Shown: positions 37,108-49,660 of the stretch, piece by piece
How the letters are laid out: every line of letters starts with the position of its first letter
Numbering within the stretch: position 1 is the first letter of the stretch
NCBI RefSeq assembly: GCF_018977255.1
Contig: NW_024704742.1
Span: forward strand, 28,522,001-28,582,000
Direction of reading: 5' to 3'
Source: Callorhinchus milii
Taxonomy: Eukaryota
DNA length: 60,000 nucleotides
Position numbers and translations under genes: made by a program
Notes under the pieces: generated by a model
What the model saw: only the letters and a program-made list of their open reading frames with translations
Databases searched by the model: none
What the model was told of the DNA's origin: nothing

Positions 37108-40100
37108 TTGGTTTTAATATTACAAGCACCATATCAAATGGAAAACCCCAAGCCTTGGCAACCTGCACTTAATACTGATCAGAATTCTGTAAGCAAGGTG
37201 CATTTGTCCACGGAGAGAGTGTCTTCCAGAAACAGGGACATTTTCATGTGTAGACGGCATATATATATGGTACTCAGTCTGGTTTGAATACTTTTAAGCA
37301 TGGTAATAGAGTTCCATGTGTCTCAGACACTTGGCTGACCAAAACCAAAAGCACAATTTGGACAAATTTTGCAATCTATGCAAAATGCCATTTTAGATAG
37401 CAATTCAAGATTTGCTATCCCTTGAAAGTTTGCTACATATGTAAATCCCTAACAGTTATAGTTATCACCAGAGTAGTCAAGAAGCAAATAAAATAATAAA
37501 ACGATTAAATGCCTTGAAAAATAACCAGTGCCTATTTACAACCACCTTTTATAAATGCTGAGCATGGATGTTATCAAAACATATTTGAACCAGGGATGAA
37601 CGCCTTCCACTCCATAATGATGAAAGTGTCCTTGGACAAATCTTTCACGCTGTCGGAGGTGGTTATATTGGAACTGGGTTCTATTGTCACATAGCAAATG
37701 ATTCCAAATGAGTGCCAGGCAATGCCCGAGGGACTGAGTGATTTATATCCAACCTATGATTTAATTAAATTTACTTCAGTGCATGAATTCCTTTTGTAAC
37801 ATATACATGCTTTGCTAGATTTAAAGGTATGGGGCCCACTAGTTTTTGAAGGAAATGTCAAACTTTTAATTCACATGATCAATTATCTGGCATAGTCCAG
37901 TATTTACACATCTACAGTCAGTGCAAGAAGACGCTGAAAAAAAGGCATTAGACATAATAGAAACTACTACTGCACGCTTGGTGAGAAAGTGATCAAAATG
38001 GAGATTTTAATCATCACATTTGGAAATTACCAAAAAGGTATGAAACATGTTTATTTCAAATAAGATAAAGGAGGAACACCCACTGAAGCAGCACTGGCTT
38101 TGAAGGTCATCTGCATATGCAGTGACATCTCGGCAAGAGTGCCAATTCATGATTGACACCTGAGTGACATGAAGCCTCCAATGTTTTGAACCTCAATATT
38201 CCTGTGCTTAGCAGATGAAGTTTATTTAATAAAAGACGAGTAGACCCAATGGACTGATCAGCAAATGTGCTGAGCAATTGACTTCAAATGTTTTACACCT
38301 CGTGACTTGATATTGCAAAGTAACTACGCAGTTGGATGAAGCCTGACTGGACAGGAGCTAAAGTATTATTTGTGGGCTAAATACTGAGGCTTTGATGATT
38401 TCAAGTTAGATTCAGTGCAAGTGTTGAAAGTATGGCCTGGTCTTTGTGTTAATCTTTCTCTCTCTCTCTCTCTCTTCATTGTGGCAATTACAGCAATAAT
38501 TCTTAGCAGTTCTAAGGAGTTGCTACTTGGAAGACTTCACTTTGCTTTTTTCTTGGTTAATGCCCTGTTGTATATTGCAAGCGTTAGTCTTCTTTAAGAC
38601 CTCAGGTTGACATACATAAAATCTATAATGATGAAACAGACCATTCGAACCCAACTAGCCCATGTTAGTATTTAAACTACACATGAGCCTTTACCCATCT
38701 CAATCCTCCCTCTCTAGCCTTCACCATATTCCCTTCTCTGTTATGGATGCATGCATCTATGCATGCATACATTTGTGTATATGTCTGACTTTTAAATTTG
38801 CACTGTGCATTATAAACGTTACTGAAGCAGTTTAAAATGACTGGAATAATTTTGGTTAAATTATGTTTTGAGCAATAGTAATAAAAAAAATTGGAACTAC
38901 ATAATCATGTAAAAAAACAGCACAACATTTCACAACTACACTGTGACCAATGGAGAAAGATGTGTTGTTTGATATTTTGTAGGGACACGTTAATGATTCC
39001 TGATACCAACATATCTTTCCAATTACTGGAAGCTTTGTTGAGCTGAGTTACTAATACTCTGGTGTTTACTATGACACGGAAAAACATCTAAGTAAGTGAA
39101 TATACCCTGACCGTCTAACAGGCAAAAAAATCAAACTAGTGTTTATGACCCGATTCTACTTGCTTGAAGAGACATAAACATTGAGGGGGACTGGGAAAAC
39201 GGCACACGTATGATTGAAATAAAAATGAATAAAATGACTTTTAAAAATCAACACACCAAACTCAGAAATGATGAAAAGTAAGGAATCTACACTGTGTTAC
39301 TTTGTGTAACTGCTGTGCAGCACTCAGGCAGGCAGACTTGGCAGTGGTGAGTGATTCACAAAGCATATTGGTTTGTTTAGCAATGTGGGAAGGCAGGCCC
39401 ATCTGTCAACTTGAAACCGCAACCATTATAAAAACATGCATATAATCACAGAGTAAAAAGCAATGCAGATAACAATGGCATTGATATTGAATCAAAAAGC
39501 CTGATGCAGCAGATTCATTATAAATGTCATTTTTTTAACCTAACACTTTACTTTTGTGTCCTTGGGTAAATTTGGCGCAAAAACAGCTATATTGACTGAA
39601 ATGTTAGTCACATTTGTATACATATTCACAGGATGTTTTCCGTAAAAATGTAGTTTCAGATCTTAAAAACACCAACACAGTCAGAAAATTATGAAATTTC
39701 AAAACTGATTTGATGTAAAGGATTATACCTGTTACGAAATATCATAAGTTCCACCCCCAAAATAAACTGCTCTTACTTGACAATATAAATGGTCTCACCA
39801 GATTATAAGAGAGGTTCGGGTGAAGAAAGGTCTCTGGATGTGACTTGATTTCTTTTCATCTCATAGTTTCAGAATATCCATCCTACCATCTTCTGTCAAA
39901 GCAACAAGCTTTGTTTTAAATGAGTCCGGTGACCTGATCTCAGCCACCGTTATTGGTAACCCCTTCCAGTTGTTAATTAGAATAATAACCATTGTACAGT
40001 GGAATCTGCTTTAGGTGGACATAGGCAATCCTGGATCCTGGGTAAATCAAACAAAGCGCCCAGCCCCGATTCATTGTATTCTTACTTGTTTTAAATATGC

Positions 40101-42018
40101 CGGTTGATTCGGACAAAAATCCGGTAAATCCGGTGAATGTACTCACTCGGGCCTTCTGTGTGTGGAACGGCTCCATTCATAATGACCAATTTTATTTGGG
40201 GGACACCAAGAGAAACTCCCTTCTCTTTTCGAGAAGGTTATCAGAAAGGGTGCTTGAGGCCAGGACACTGAACCCATTTATTAAACAATTTGAAGCTGTG
40301 ATGGGAGGATTTGAAGATGGATATTTTGGAAGGATGAGATCAATTGGGCTGAAGGGCTTTCTTCACCCAGTGGTGTTTTGTCTCCAAGAAAGCCTGAGAT
40401 CAGAATCAACTGCGTAAAGAAATTCTTCCTGGTGGTTGACATGAAATGACCCTTTGCAAATTGAAACCTGTGTTGTTCTGCTCTCTCAACATATCCAAAA
40501 GTATTATTCCTGGTTTACTTTCTCAATCCCAAGGTCTCTTCTGAGATGCCTTTTTTCAATACTGAGGAGCCCAGACTTAATAACCCCTCTACATTGGTCT
40601 CCTCTGTATTTCCTATAGGATCTGGGCAGCCTCCAAAGTCATGGCAACCAGAACTGCAGATAGTTCTCTACTTGCAGCATTGAGTTTGAATATGACTTCT
40701 GGGGATCTGCTGATGTGATAATGTAGCCCAGCATTGTGTATGCCTCATGCTCTCATTACAGTGTATATCCTCATGATTCACATTTACCTAGTAACTCAAA
40801 GAAAGATCACGTATGTAATTTGAGCCTATACTTGTGTGACCTTTACCCAACAACAGAACACACTTTCTGTGGTTTTCTAATCCTCCATGTCTCAACTGGG
40901 TGATTTGAGAATGTGATGATTTTTTTGGTCAGCCATGTGTCTGACACATGCAGAAACCCATCACCATGCTTAAGAGCAAACCAAATGGAGAATTCCATGC
41001 ATTCCACCAAAGCAGAATGACAATGGGCACTTGATTATATCAGTGCATTTTTCTTAACCTTTAATGTCAGGTTAATCTCTATTTCAGTCTTGCTGTGATT
41101 AAAGGCGGTGTAATTCCGGTCTGCAGTAGCTGATGATTAGAAAGTTTATATTGTGGCTGGCAGATGAGTCTGTTTTTGCACACAGTGAACTGATGTACTT
41201 TGTTTGATAATGATTAAGTAAGTCTGGCAGTGTCTTACACAATCGCAGTATAGGTGACATGAATAAGATCCTTGCGAATTCAAAGCTTTCATTCATTGAT
41301 TTTAATTGAATTGAATTCATCTTCAGCACCCCCCTTGACTATTATCCCCAGCTCGGGTACCAAGTCAGGATTGTTAAGCACCTTTGGAAGTCTTCCTGAT
41401 ATGAAAGGCATTTTATCAATGTAAATGGTATTGTTTTTTGAGGACATATTGAGGACAATCAGAACCATTTCCAGTTAATCAGTTTGATAACAGCAAACAA
41501 GTGTGACAGTTTGTCAGTGAAATTGTACTCTCTGTCTTTAAAGCATCTATGAAGTGGTTCACAACTGTGTTGAAATGTGAAGGAATAATATTAGAATGAT
41601 TTTGACTGAAGTGGATCCAGAGTCAGAGCATGTAAGAATTGACTGTGAGTCATTCCAGAAGAGTGATCCACAATTACACTTTGGTGATGTTCACTTGGAT
41701 GAGAAAAAAGCCCATCAGAAGGTCTGAGACACAACACCTTTCCACATTATAACAATTGAGTCCATAATGCTATCTGGAATTCCATTATAAAAGTTCACAT
41801 CAGATACAGAACACAGCAGGAGCTAGTAAACAACTTTTTCCACACAAACAAAAAATAGACTGTTGATCTCTTAAATTTATCTATTAGCTCCAACGTTGTT
41901 CCCATGTCTGTCCAGGATAGCTTTCTTTAATTTTCTGGCTTGCGTTGCTTTTTTTTCTTTCCCCTCCATCTTCTCACCAGGTTTGTCATCTTGCCTACTG
42001 ACATTGCCCATTTAGAAA

Positions 42019-42157
<139 letters not shown>

Positions 42158-42857
42158 ACTTTTTATTCACCCACTAAATATACACGCAATTCACTTCTCA
42201 GTATATTCTGTGAAGCACTTTGAAACGTCTCAACAATGTGATAATGCGCTATATCTAATGCAAGGAACTTTCTTTTTTTTCTTTCTCATTTACATTTGCG
42301 TCACTTACGCATTGTCAACTTGCCTCATCTCTTTACTAATTGTCTCAGTCACTCGAAATTAGATCCCCCCCACACACACTCCTGGATTCAAAGGAGAAAA
42401 GGTGCCTACTGAAAACAAAACTAATCTCCTAGCCTTTCACCACACATGCCACCGATGAAAGCAACACAAAAAACCCGAGTTAAGAATCATTCAACATTTG
42501 TGAATAGGGCTAAATAAGAAAATGGAAAACAGAAAATCTGAAATCAATCAAAAAATGCCAAAAATGCACATCAAGGAAAGAACTTGCATCTTCATAGACC
42601 CTTACCCTGTTACATCATCTCAAAATTACTCTCAAGGAATTAGGGTCAGTTATAGTGACTGAATACGATAGCCTCTCAACAACGAGATCCCTCAAAGGGT
42701 CATGAGGCAAATGAATAAAATATCTGGGGGATTGTTGGCCATGATCCTGCGAGAACATTTTTATTCTTCTTTTGTACTGTACAGTATTATAGAATCCTTA
42801 ACAGTTGCATGGAAACTGGGAGATCTACACCTCAGTTTAACTTCTTATCCAACAGAC

Positions 42858-43020
42858 AGTAGGTTGATTAAATGTCTGGCAGAAAAAATATAGACTAACA
42901 TTTTGGATGTGACCCTTCATCATAACTCAGAATGAAGTGTCACGCTGGGAACGTTGAGCTATCTTTCTCTTTCAGGTGCCGATCGACCTGCTGTGCAGCT
43001 CCAACATTATCTGTTTTTCT
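42858..43020. repeat. Inverted dimer of a Penelope/hammerhead-like chondrichthyan repeat
   Basis: Arms agtaggttgatt...tagactaacattttggatgtgacccttcat and atgaagtgtcacgctgggaacgttgagctatc...gatcgacctgct are reverse complements. Confidence 0.65.
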
Positions 43021-43799
43021 TGCTTTGATGTTGCTGTTCAGCCACAGCAATTGCTCATTCATAATTGCTGCCAGAATGTGCTTAGTTTGTTGCCCTGTGG
43101 ATCCTCGTAACCATTTTATAAGGAGACTCACAGCACAAAAATGATCAGTAAATTCAGCCATTTGAAAGTAACCCAAAACAGTAATCTTCAGGTCATTTCA
43201 AATTTTGAAATGTGCACTCAGCTTTACGTAAAAACATTTTTTTTTCTTGCAGGCAGAGAATACGATACCCCAAGATGGTTATCTCTATTACTACTCTTGA
43301 GCTGAGATGATTCAAGGACATACTACAAGAAGGAAATATGGTAAAGATATACATCAGGATCGGAACTCAAAGTCTAAGCTGAAACCCCAGTGGGAGAGCA
43401 CTATATTGTCAGAGGAACCTCTTGCAAGAAAAAATGATAGATTTCTGTAAGGAAGTAACATCTCAGAATACAACATATAGTTTGGGACACAGCATGTCAA
43501 GCGACTGCCGGATGCTGGAATTGACCTTGGTCTTCTTGCACCTAGCAAATTCTTATGTTCTTATGTACCATATTTAAGATGAGATGTTAAACAAAGATCC
43601 TATCTACCTGTTCATGTGGACATTAAGATCCCGCAATACTTTGTTTAACAGCAGAAGGAAATTTGTCCCATTGTCCTAGTCAACAAAATAAGTGATTATT
43701 CACATCATGGCTGCTTGTGGGACTTTCCTGACATGTTTACCTATAAAAACAATCACAGTACTTGACCGTAATTTTCCTTCCCCATTGAACAAGTAAAAT

Positions 43800-44065
43800 C
43801 AAGTTCCTCAGGAATCCATTTTAGGAATTCTTTTTACACGCAGAGGACATGTAATGGCTTGCCAAAAGTTATGGTTGAAACAAAATGCACAATAGCTTTT
43901 GAAAAGATATTAGATAAATATTTTGAAAGAAAAATCACAAAGGGCACGAGAAAAGGTCAGGTGAGCAGGATAGCTTGTTCAGAGAGCTGATAAACGAACA
44001 GTGGGCTGAATGCCCTTTCCTCTGTGCTGTACAGTTCAATGATTCCATTCTATGATTCCATAATA
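43800..44065 (+). mobile_element. CR1 LINE 3' fragment
   Basis: aggaattctttttacacgcagagg, gcttttgaaaagatattagataaata, gggctgaatgccctttcctctgtgctgta, (ttctatga)-like tail. Confidence 0.75.
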
Positions 44066-44769
44066 AGCTGTTTGCGTTGCTGGGACTGAGCCAGAACCAT
44101 TGCTATAATAAGCCCTGGTGTGCCTGTCTGTCAGACAAATACCTGAACATAAAACATTATGAGCCACATTTATTGATTGCAATTCCTGGTTCCAGTTATT
44201 AACAAAAATGATTTCCATTTAAGCTGGATTCTGCATTACATACTGTACTTGTTATATAGTTGGTGCCTGTTTAGCTCTTGGGTTGTCCTAAGTAGGGCAG
44301 CTTTGTCACACCTTTACCATTGCTGATAATGAAGCAGCACCCTCGACTATTAACACTGCCCTGTAATGTGTAGGACTAATACTGTAGTAATGAAAACTTT
44401 AAGTAAATAGTACAGTACATAAACACTAATTTAAAAAATTTAGGAGGGCAAGCATCTTATTTAAACAAATGTGTTTCTGTGGGTGAAGTTGCAGTAATCA
44501 TGAACTTTTAAACGTTAATTTGAAGTGTGATTCATTCTTCTGTTACCCCGGCACTCATTTTGTTTTCCAAAATGCAACTAAGTCTATATATTTCTGCATA
44601 TATTAACCCGGACTCTTAATTGACCTGTTGATACCCGCAAAATAATAATCTTTGTGTTTGATTGTGTAATACTTTATGCATTGTATTTTATGCATAAAAT
44701 ATTTCTCAATACAAATGCAATAATTATTCTGGTTGCATTGCTGTCAGTATACATCATTTTGCTTCTTAT

Positions 44770-45626
44770 ACAATGCATACTTATTTCCCGTTTCTCTACT
44801 TCAATGACCTCCTTGGCTTATTGTTCACCATCCTTCAGGTTCCACACTCTCAGGACACAAAACCTTTTGCCCATCACAGTGAATCGCTAAATTGATTCAA
44901 TGGAGACAATCCTTATCTTCTTACAGCTGCTGAAAGATTCAACCTCTTCATATCTCTTACAAGCTTGAGCTACCACCTCTTACTTTCAATGCCTATATTT
45001 GGACCAAAGTATCTCCTCTAATCTCAAAAGAAATTCAGACATCTAACCCATTGCTGAAGCAGCCCCAAAAAGCTTCCCTCTGTTTTGTCACCTGAGTAAC
45101 TCTTAACTTCCCATTAAGCTGAGGATCATCCAAAAATTGAATTTTACTTTGATAGCTAAGGAAGCTCTTCCAAGACGTCTTTACTCTCCTAAAACAGGAT
45201 ATCAAAAAGTCTTATTGTTGAAGAGAAGATATTATCCTTATCTTTAGTTTTGATCATCTATTGAGTTCTTCATCACAACCTTTCAGGTCATTCTATGTTT
45301 TATCAATATTATAAAATGATTGTTCACTCAACTATATTCTTTGAGATTCTTTTTCTCCAAACTTCAAATGGATCATCCCAAATGTATACTCATCCTACAC
45401 AATGGAACCTCGTGGCATTTAAATTATTGCCTTGAATCCTAATTCATCCTTTCCCAGCACTTCAAGACTATAGCATGCTTTACTATCTTCAGTATTCCTT
45501 CTCCCGTAGTCTACAATGAATTGAACTCAGCCTTAACATCTGATTCTCTGTTACTCTTTTCAACATTGGTGGTGTGCTACACTGTGGGCCTTGCTCCTTC
45601 ATGTAGGATTCTCAATAATAAAAAAG
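44770..45626 (+). mobile_element. Highly decayed non-LTR retrotransposon 3' fragment (CR1/L2-group, clade uncertain)
   Basis: Residual motifs IAEAA..KKL and LHH...FYQYYK.DCS across frameshifts; C/T-rich strand; ends in tcaataataaaaaa. Confidence 0.45.
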
Positions 45627-46039
45627 AGTATGTGACATGACCTTTCTTTATATCATGTCATGGGATTTATTCCATGTTATGACAATGCAGGTTTGATCTT
45701 CTCTTGAATGAATGACATTGAACCTTTACTATAAGGTCCTCAGTGTCTGCTGGTGTGTATTGATTCATATTAATGATGTTCAGTTCTCAGTTTGTCTATG
45801 TTCTCTCCTGTTCCCTGGTGATTTGAAAATTGTTTGTCTTTTATCAAATCCTTTTGGTCTTGCTGTTTTTGTACCCTTGGTTTTCTTTTCAGGTATTTAT
45901 TGTGAGTCACCTTTAACTGTGCTGACTCTTTGGGGTCATTCAACATTTGTTTTCCCATTCTGCAGCATTCTTGTCAAATCTTTGGGCCAAAATTGATCCA
46001 TTCAGTACTCGTAGTGAAGATGTAGATTAGCACGAACAG

Positions 46040-46365
46040 TGGCAGAATGGAAGGGATATTTGCCAGAGAGATCAAGGAGGAAGATGAGGCAGAGAGTGGT
46101 GGACTGGTGGACAGGCACTAGTGGACAAAATGATGTTTATGACCTTGACCAAGGCTGTTTCTGTACTGTGAGCAGCATGGAAACCTGATTGGAGGGGTTC
46201 ATAGAGGGAGTGGAGGGAGAGGAAAGAGCAAGCTGGGCAGCAATGACTTGTTCCAGGACTTTGGAAAGAAAAGCGAGATTGGAGTTGGCATGGTAATTTG
46301 AAAGCAGAGATGGATCCAGGGAAGGTTTTTTTGAGGATGGGGTTGAAGATGGCCATCAGTGGAAA
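46040..46365 (-). mobile_element. L2 LINE RT fragment
   Basis: ORF 46072-46356 contains LYEPLQSGFHAAHSTETALVKVIN.IL, the typical L2 RT motif QSGFR..HSTETAL. Confidence 0.9.
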
Positions 46366-46422
46366 TGTCTATCTGTGTTGCTACACTGAAGGTTCTGACC
46401 AACATTCCTCAAAACTGGGTGT

Positions 46423-46665
46423 CAAGCGGGAGGATCCGGGTTCGATTCCCAGATGGGGGCAAAAACTTAGGCAAATTTCCCTACTCCACACACCTCCTCC
46501 ACACACCTCCTACTGGGACATTGCTGTGCTCAATTGGCTGCCGCGTTCGCCCACAAATATACAGTCAATTCACTTTACAGTGTATTCTGTGAAGCGCTTT
46601 GGGACGTCCTCCCGACGTGAAAAGCGCTATATCAAATGCAAGGATTATTATTATTATTATTATTA
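46423..46665 (+). mobile_element. tRNA-headed SINE, 5'-truncated and internally deleted, with CpG-intact 3' half
   Basis: B box gggttcgattccc, duplicated ctccacacacctc at the deletion junction, pristine tail and (ATT)n. Confidence 0.92.
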
Positions 46666-46667
46666 CA

Positions 46668-46940
46668 GTTTACCTACAAGTAAGTAGGAACCTAGTTGTT
46701 ACTCAATTGGCGGACAGCTTTCCAGGGCTAATAACCCCTTTAAAAATTATAATAATTTGATCACTTAATCCGCGGCTGTTTGTGGGACACTGCTTCGCAC
46801 AATTGGCTGCCGCGTTTTGCCTACAAAATACACAGTCTTTACACTTTACAATATATTCTGTGAAGCCGTTTGAGATGTCTTAACGATGTGATAAAACGCG
46901 ATATCAAATGCAAGTGTTATTATTATTACTATTATAATTA
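46668..46940 (+). mobile_element. tRNA-headed SINE long variant, 3' part
   Basis: agtaagtaggaacctagttgttactcaattgg block plus shared tail. Confidence 0.85.
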
Positions 46941-48427
46941 TGCCATATAGGTGGTAACACAGTAAATCGGTTTCCTTTGAAGTGGACATTGGGCAAAAGG
47001 ACGACTTTGTATATTTCAATGAAATTTTGCATTTTGAAATGAGTACATCATCCTCATGAAAGGGTTATAAGTTTTGGCAGCAGTAATGGTCTGACTGTAG
47101 TCGATTTACCATGTTTACCTTGGAGATAATCATGCATCAAAATCTTTCATTACAGACCTTATTGCTCACAAGATCACAAGAGACATTTCCATGAAAAAGA
47201 CCAGCCATCACACATATCACAACTTCCGAACTACAATTTTCCCATTGCAGCCACAAGCTGTTCTTTAAACCAGTCCAGTATCCTGGCCTCTACCACCCTT
47301 TCCCTTGTATTCAATCCCAGCTGTTGAATATCGTCAGTGCAAAACAAACTCGTTGCTGGCATCTGCTTCAGAAATTGCCATTCACAACAACACTGGACAC
47401 CTGTGCCCTCTTTGCATTGGTGCCTTGGAGTCATGAAAATCTGGGCAAGCAGGCAGCCCCATTACCATCACATAGTTGCATCTATTCTATTTGAGCTTAC
47501 GTTAAGTGGCAATTAAAATAAAACTTCATTACGTCTCGGTGCACGGATCGAATTGTAACCCTTGGCACATCTGATGAACGCGTTGCCTTTGTGAGATTCT
47601 CGCTGTTCTAAATGGTCTCCAGATCGATGACTTCTCAGATAAGTGCCATTGAAGATAATTTAAAAAATTTAAAAAGGCACGAGTAAATATTTAATGCCCC
47701 AGCATGCCATTTTTAATGCAGGTTGATATCATACAGAATTAGATCAGGCAATATGTCTTTTCAATATCACACTTACATGTAAGCCATTCAACCGGTTTTG
47801 TGGCCTGATTTAATATCTCCTGCCCTACAGATTCCAGTCCAGGGTTCATGATCAGAAGAATAAATCTGTAGTGACATATGATCCCTCTAATTACAATAAA
47901 TATTTATAAACTTTCTGTATCATTTAATATTAAACATATTACAGCTAAAATGTTACATCCTCTTGATACAATGCTTTTAGGTAGCAAAGAATGTATAACA
48001 AACATTGTAAAATCAATAAGATTGTTGTACATGAACATACTTTTCCCAGTTTGTCACAGTTGCAAAGGCGGAGGCAGTTGGAGTGTAGAAGTAACGATCC
48101 AAAACAGGCTTGAATCATCGAGAGTGGGATCAGAAAAAGAGTCTTTTATTCCTTGTCGTGTCACCCTCTGGTGTCACATTATCTTCACAGTAAAATGAAG
48201 CTGTGTAGTAATCTGACCAGATCTGCAATCTGTTAAACTGGGACAAATCTTCAGTCTGTTAATTGGGATACTAATGCTGCACTTATAATGAAGAATAGCT
48301 TTCAGAAGCAGCTCTCGTTACTGCAGAACAGCCCCCACCCACCCACATAGCAGTTTGGCTTTAGTAACAGCTGGATCGCTATAAACAACTCTCTGTACAT
48401 GGTTTGTAACAATTTCTCAGAGTGTCA

Positions 48428-48765
48428 CAACAACAACAAAATTACATTTGTCTTTTACGTTGGAGAACGTCCCGAGGCACTGAACAATCGGGGATCAGGA
48501 CTCAGCTTGGGGAGTCAGGGTTGGGATGAGGGAGGGCAGAGAGGGTAGGAGGGCGGCTGAAGGCACGGTCGAAAAGGAGGGTCTTAACTCATGCCTTGAA
48601 GGAGAAAAGGGAGGGAGCAAGGCGAAGGGATTATGGCATGGAGTTCCAAAGGTGGGGGGGCGGAGAGGCTGAAAGCCCAGCTGCCAATGGTAGGGCAGGA
48701 TGGGCGGGACACATGGAGCAGGTCGGAGCCTGCTGAACGGAGAGAGTGACAAGAGGGGACAGCAT
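48428..48765 (-). mobile_element. L2 LINE 3' end
   Basis: (CAA)n tail, ggctgaaggcacggtcgaaaaggagggtcttaa, ggagttccaaagg..ggctgaaagcccagctgccaatgg (IGSWAFSLSAP on the minus strand). Confidence 0.85.
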
Positions 48766-48811
48766 ATAACAAGATATTAATATATACCACCTTTCACACC
48801 GGGTTGGGCTC

Positions 48812-49445
48812 AGTGAGAAGGGTCGGGGTCAGTGGGGAGAGTCAGGGTCAGTGGGGAGAGTCGGGATCAGTGGGAAAGATTAGGGTCAGTGGGAAGGGTC
48901 GGGGTCAGTGGGGAGAGTCAGGGTCAGTGGGGAGGGTCGGGGTCAGTGGGGAGGGTCGGGGTCAGTGGGGAGAGTCAGGGTCAGTGGGGAGAGTCAGGGT
49001 CAGTGGGGAAGGTCGGGGTCAGTGGGGAGGGTCGGGGTCAGTGGGGAGAGTCGGGATCAGTGGGGAGGGTCGGGGTCAGTGGGGAGGTCGGGGTCAGTGG
49101 GGAGGGTCGGGGTCAGTGGGGAGGGTCGGGGTCAGTGGGGAGAGATGGGGTCAGTGGGGATCGTCGGGATCAGTGGGGAGAGATGGGGTCAGTGGGGAGG
49201 GTCGGGATCAGTGGGGAGGGTCGGGGTCAGTGGGAGTGTCGGGATCAGTGGGGAGGGTCGAGGTCAGTGGGGAGAGTTGGGGTCAATGGGAATGGTCGGA
49301 GTCAGTGGGAATGATCGGGGTCAGTGGGGAGATTCAGGGTCAGTGGGGAGGTTCGGGGTCAGTGGGGAGGTTTGGGGTCAGTGGGGATGGTCGGGGTCAG
49401 TGGGAAAGATCAGGGTCAGTGGGGAAGGTCAGGGTCAGTGGGGAT
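48812..49445. repeat. G-rich minisatellite, 20-bp unit GGGTCAGTGGGGAGGGTCGG, about 31-32 copies
   Basis: Direct reading; the unit has no plus-strand stop in any frame, which explains the three overlapping Gly-rich ORFs. Confidence 0.97.
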
Positions 49446-49660
49446 GGGCAAAACATTTCAAAGCATTTCATAGGAACAGTTAGGATCCCAAGCTGATGGT
49501 GGGGGAGGTGAGGAAGCAGAGGGGCTGAAGGCTCACTAAAAGCACAGTTGAAAAGAATAGTCTTAAGGAGAACTTAAAAGGTGGGAGAGAGGGAATGAGG
49601 TGGAGGGACTCCGGGATTGGGTTTTGGAGAGAGGGGACAGAATGACTTAAAGCTCGGTCA
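49446..49660 (-). mobile_element. L2 3' end, continuation of the element that starts at about 48770
   Basis: aacatttcaaagcatttca, ggatcccaagctg, aaagcacagttgaaaagaatagtcttaagg parallel 48465-48600. Confidence 0.7.

Noticed and set aside
38163..38183. 19/21 match to 53020-53040 (agtgacatga.gc.tccaatg)
   Set aside because: The match does not extend, and one of this length is plausible by chance in a 60-kb self-comparison
43253..43340. Strong acceptor and plausible donor flanking an 88-nt segment; selenocysteine readthrough considered
   Set aside because: There is a TGA in all three frames, no selenoprotein motif and no SECIS identified; at most a non-coding exon
48804..49496. Three overlapping Gly/Ser/Val-rich ORFs of 160-230 aa
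   Set aside because: They are translations of a 20-bp minisatellite that lacks stop codons, with no ATG context or splice evidence
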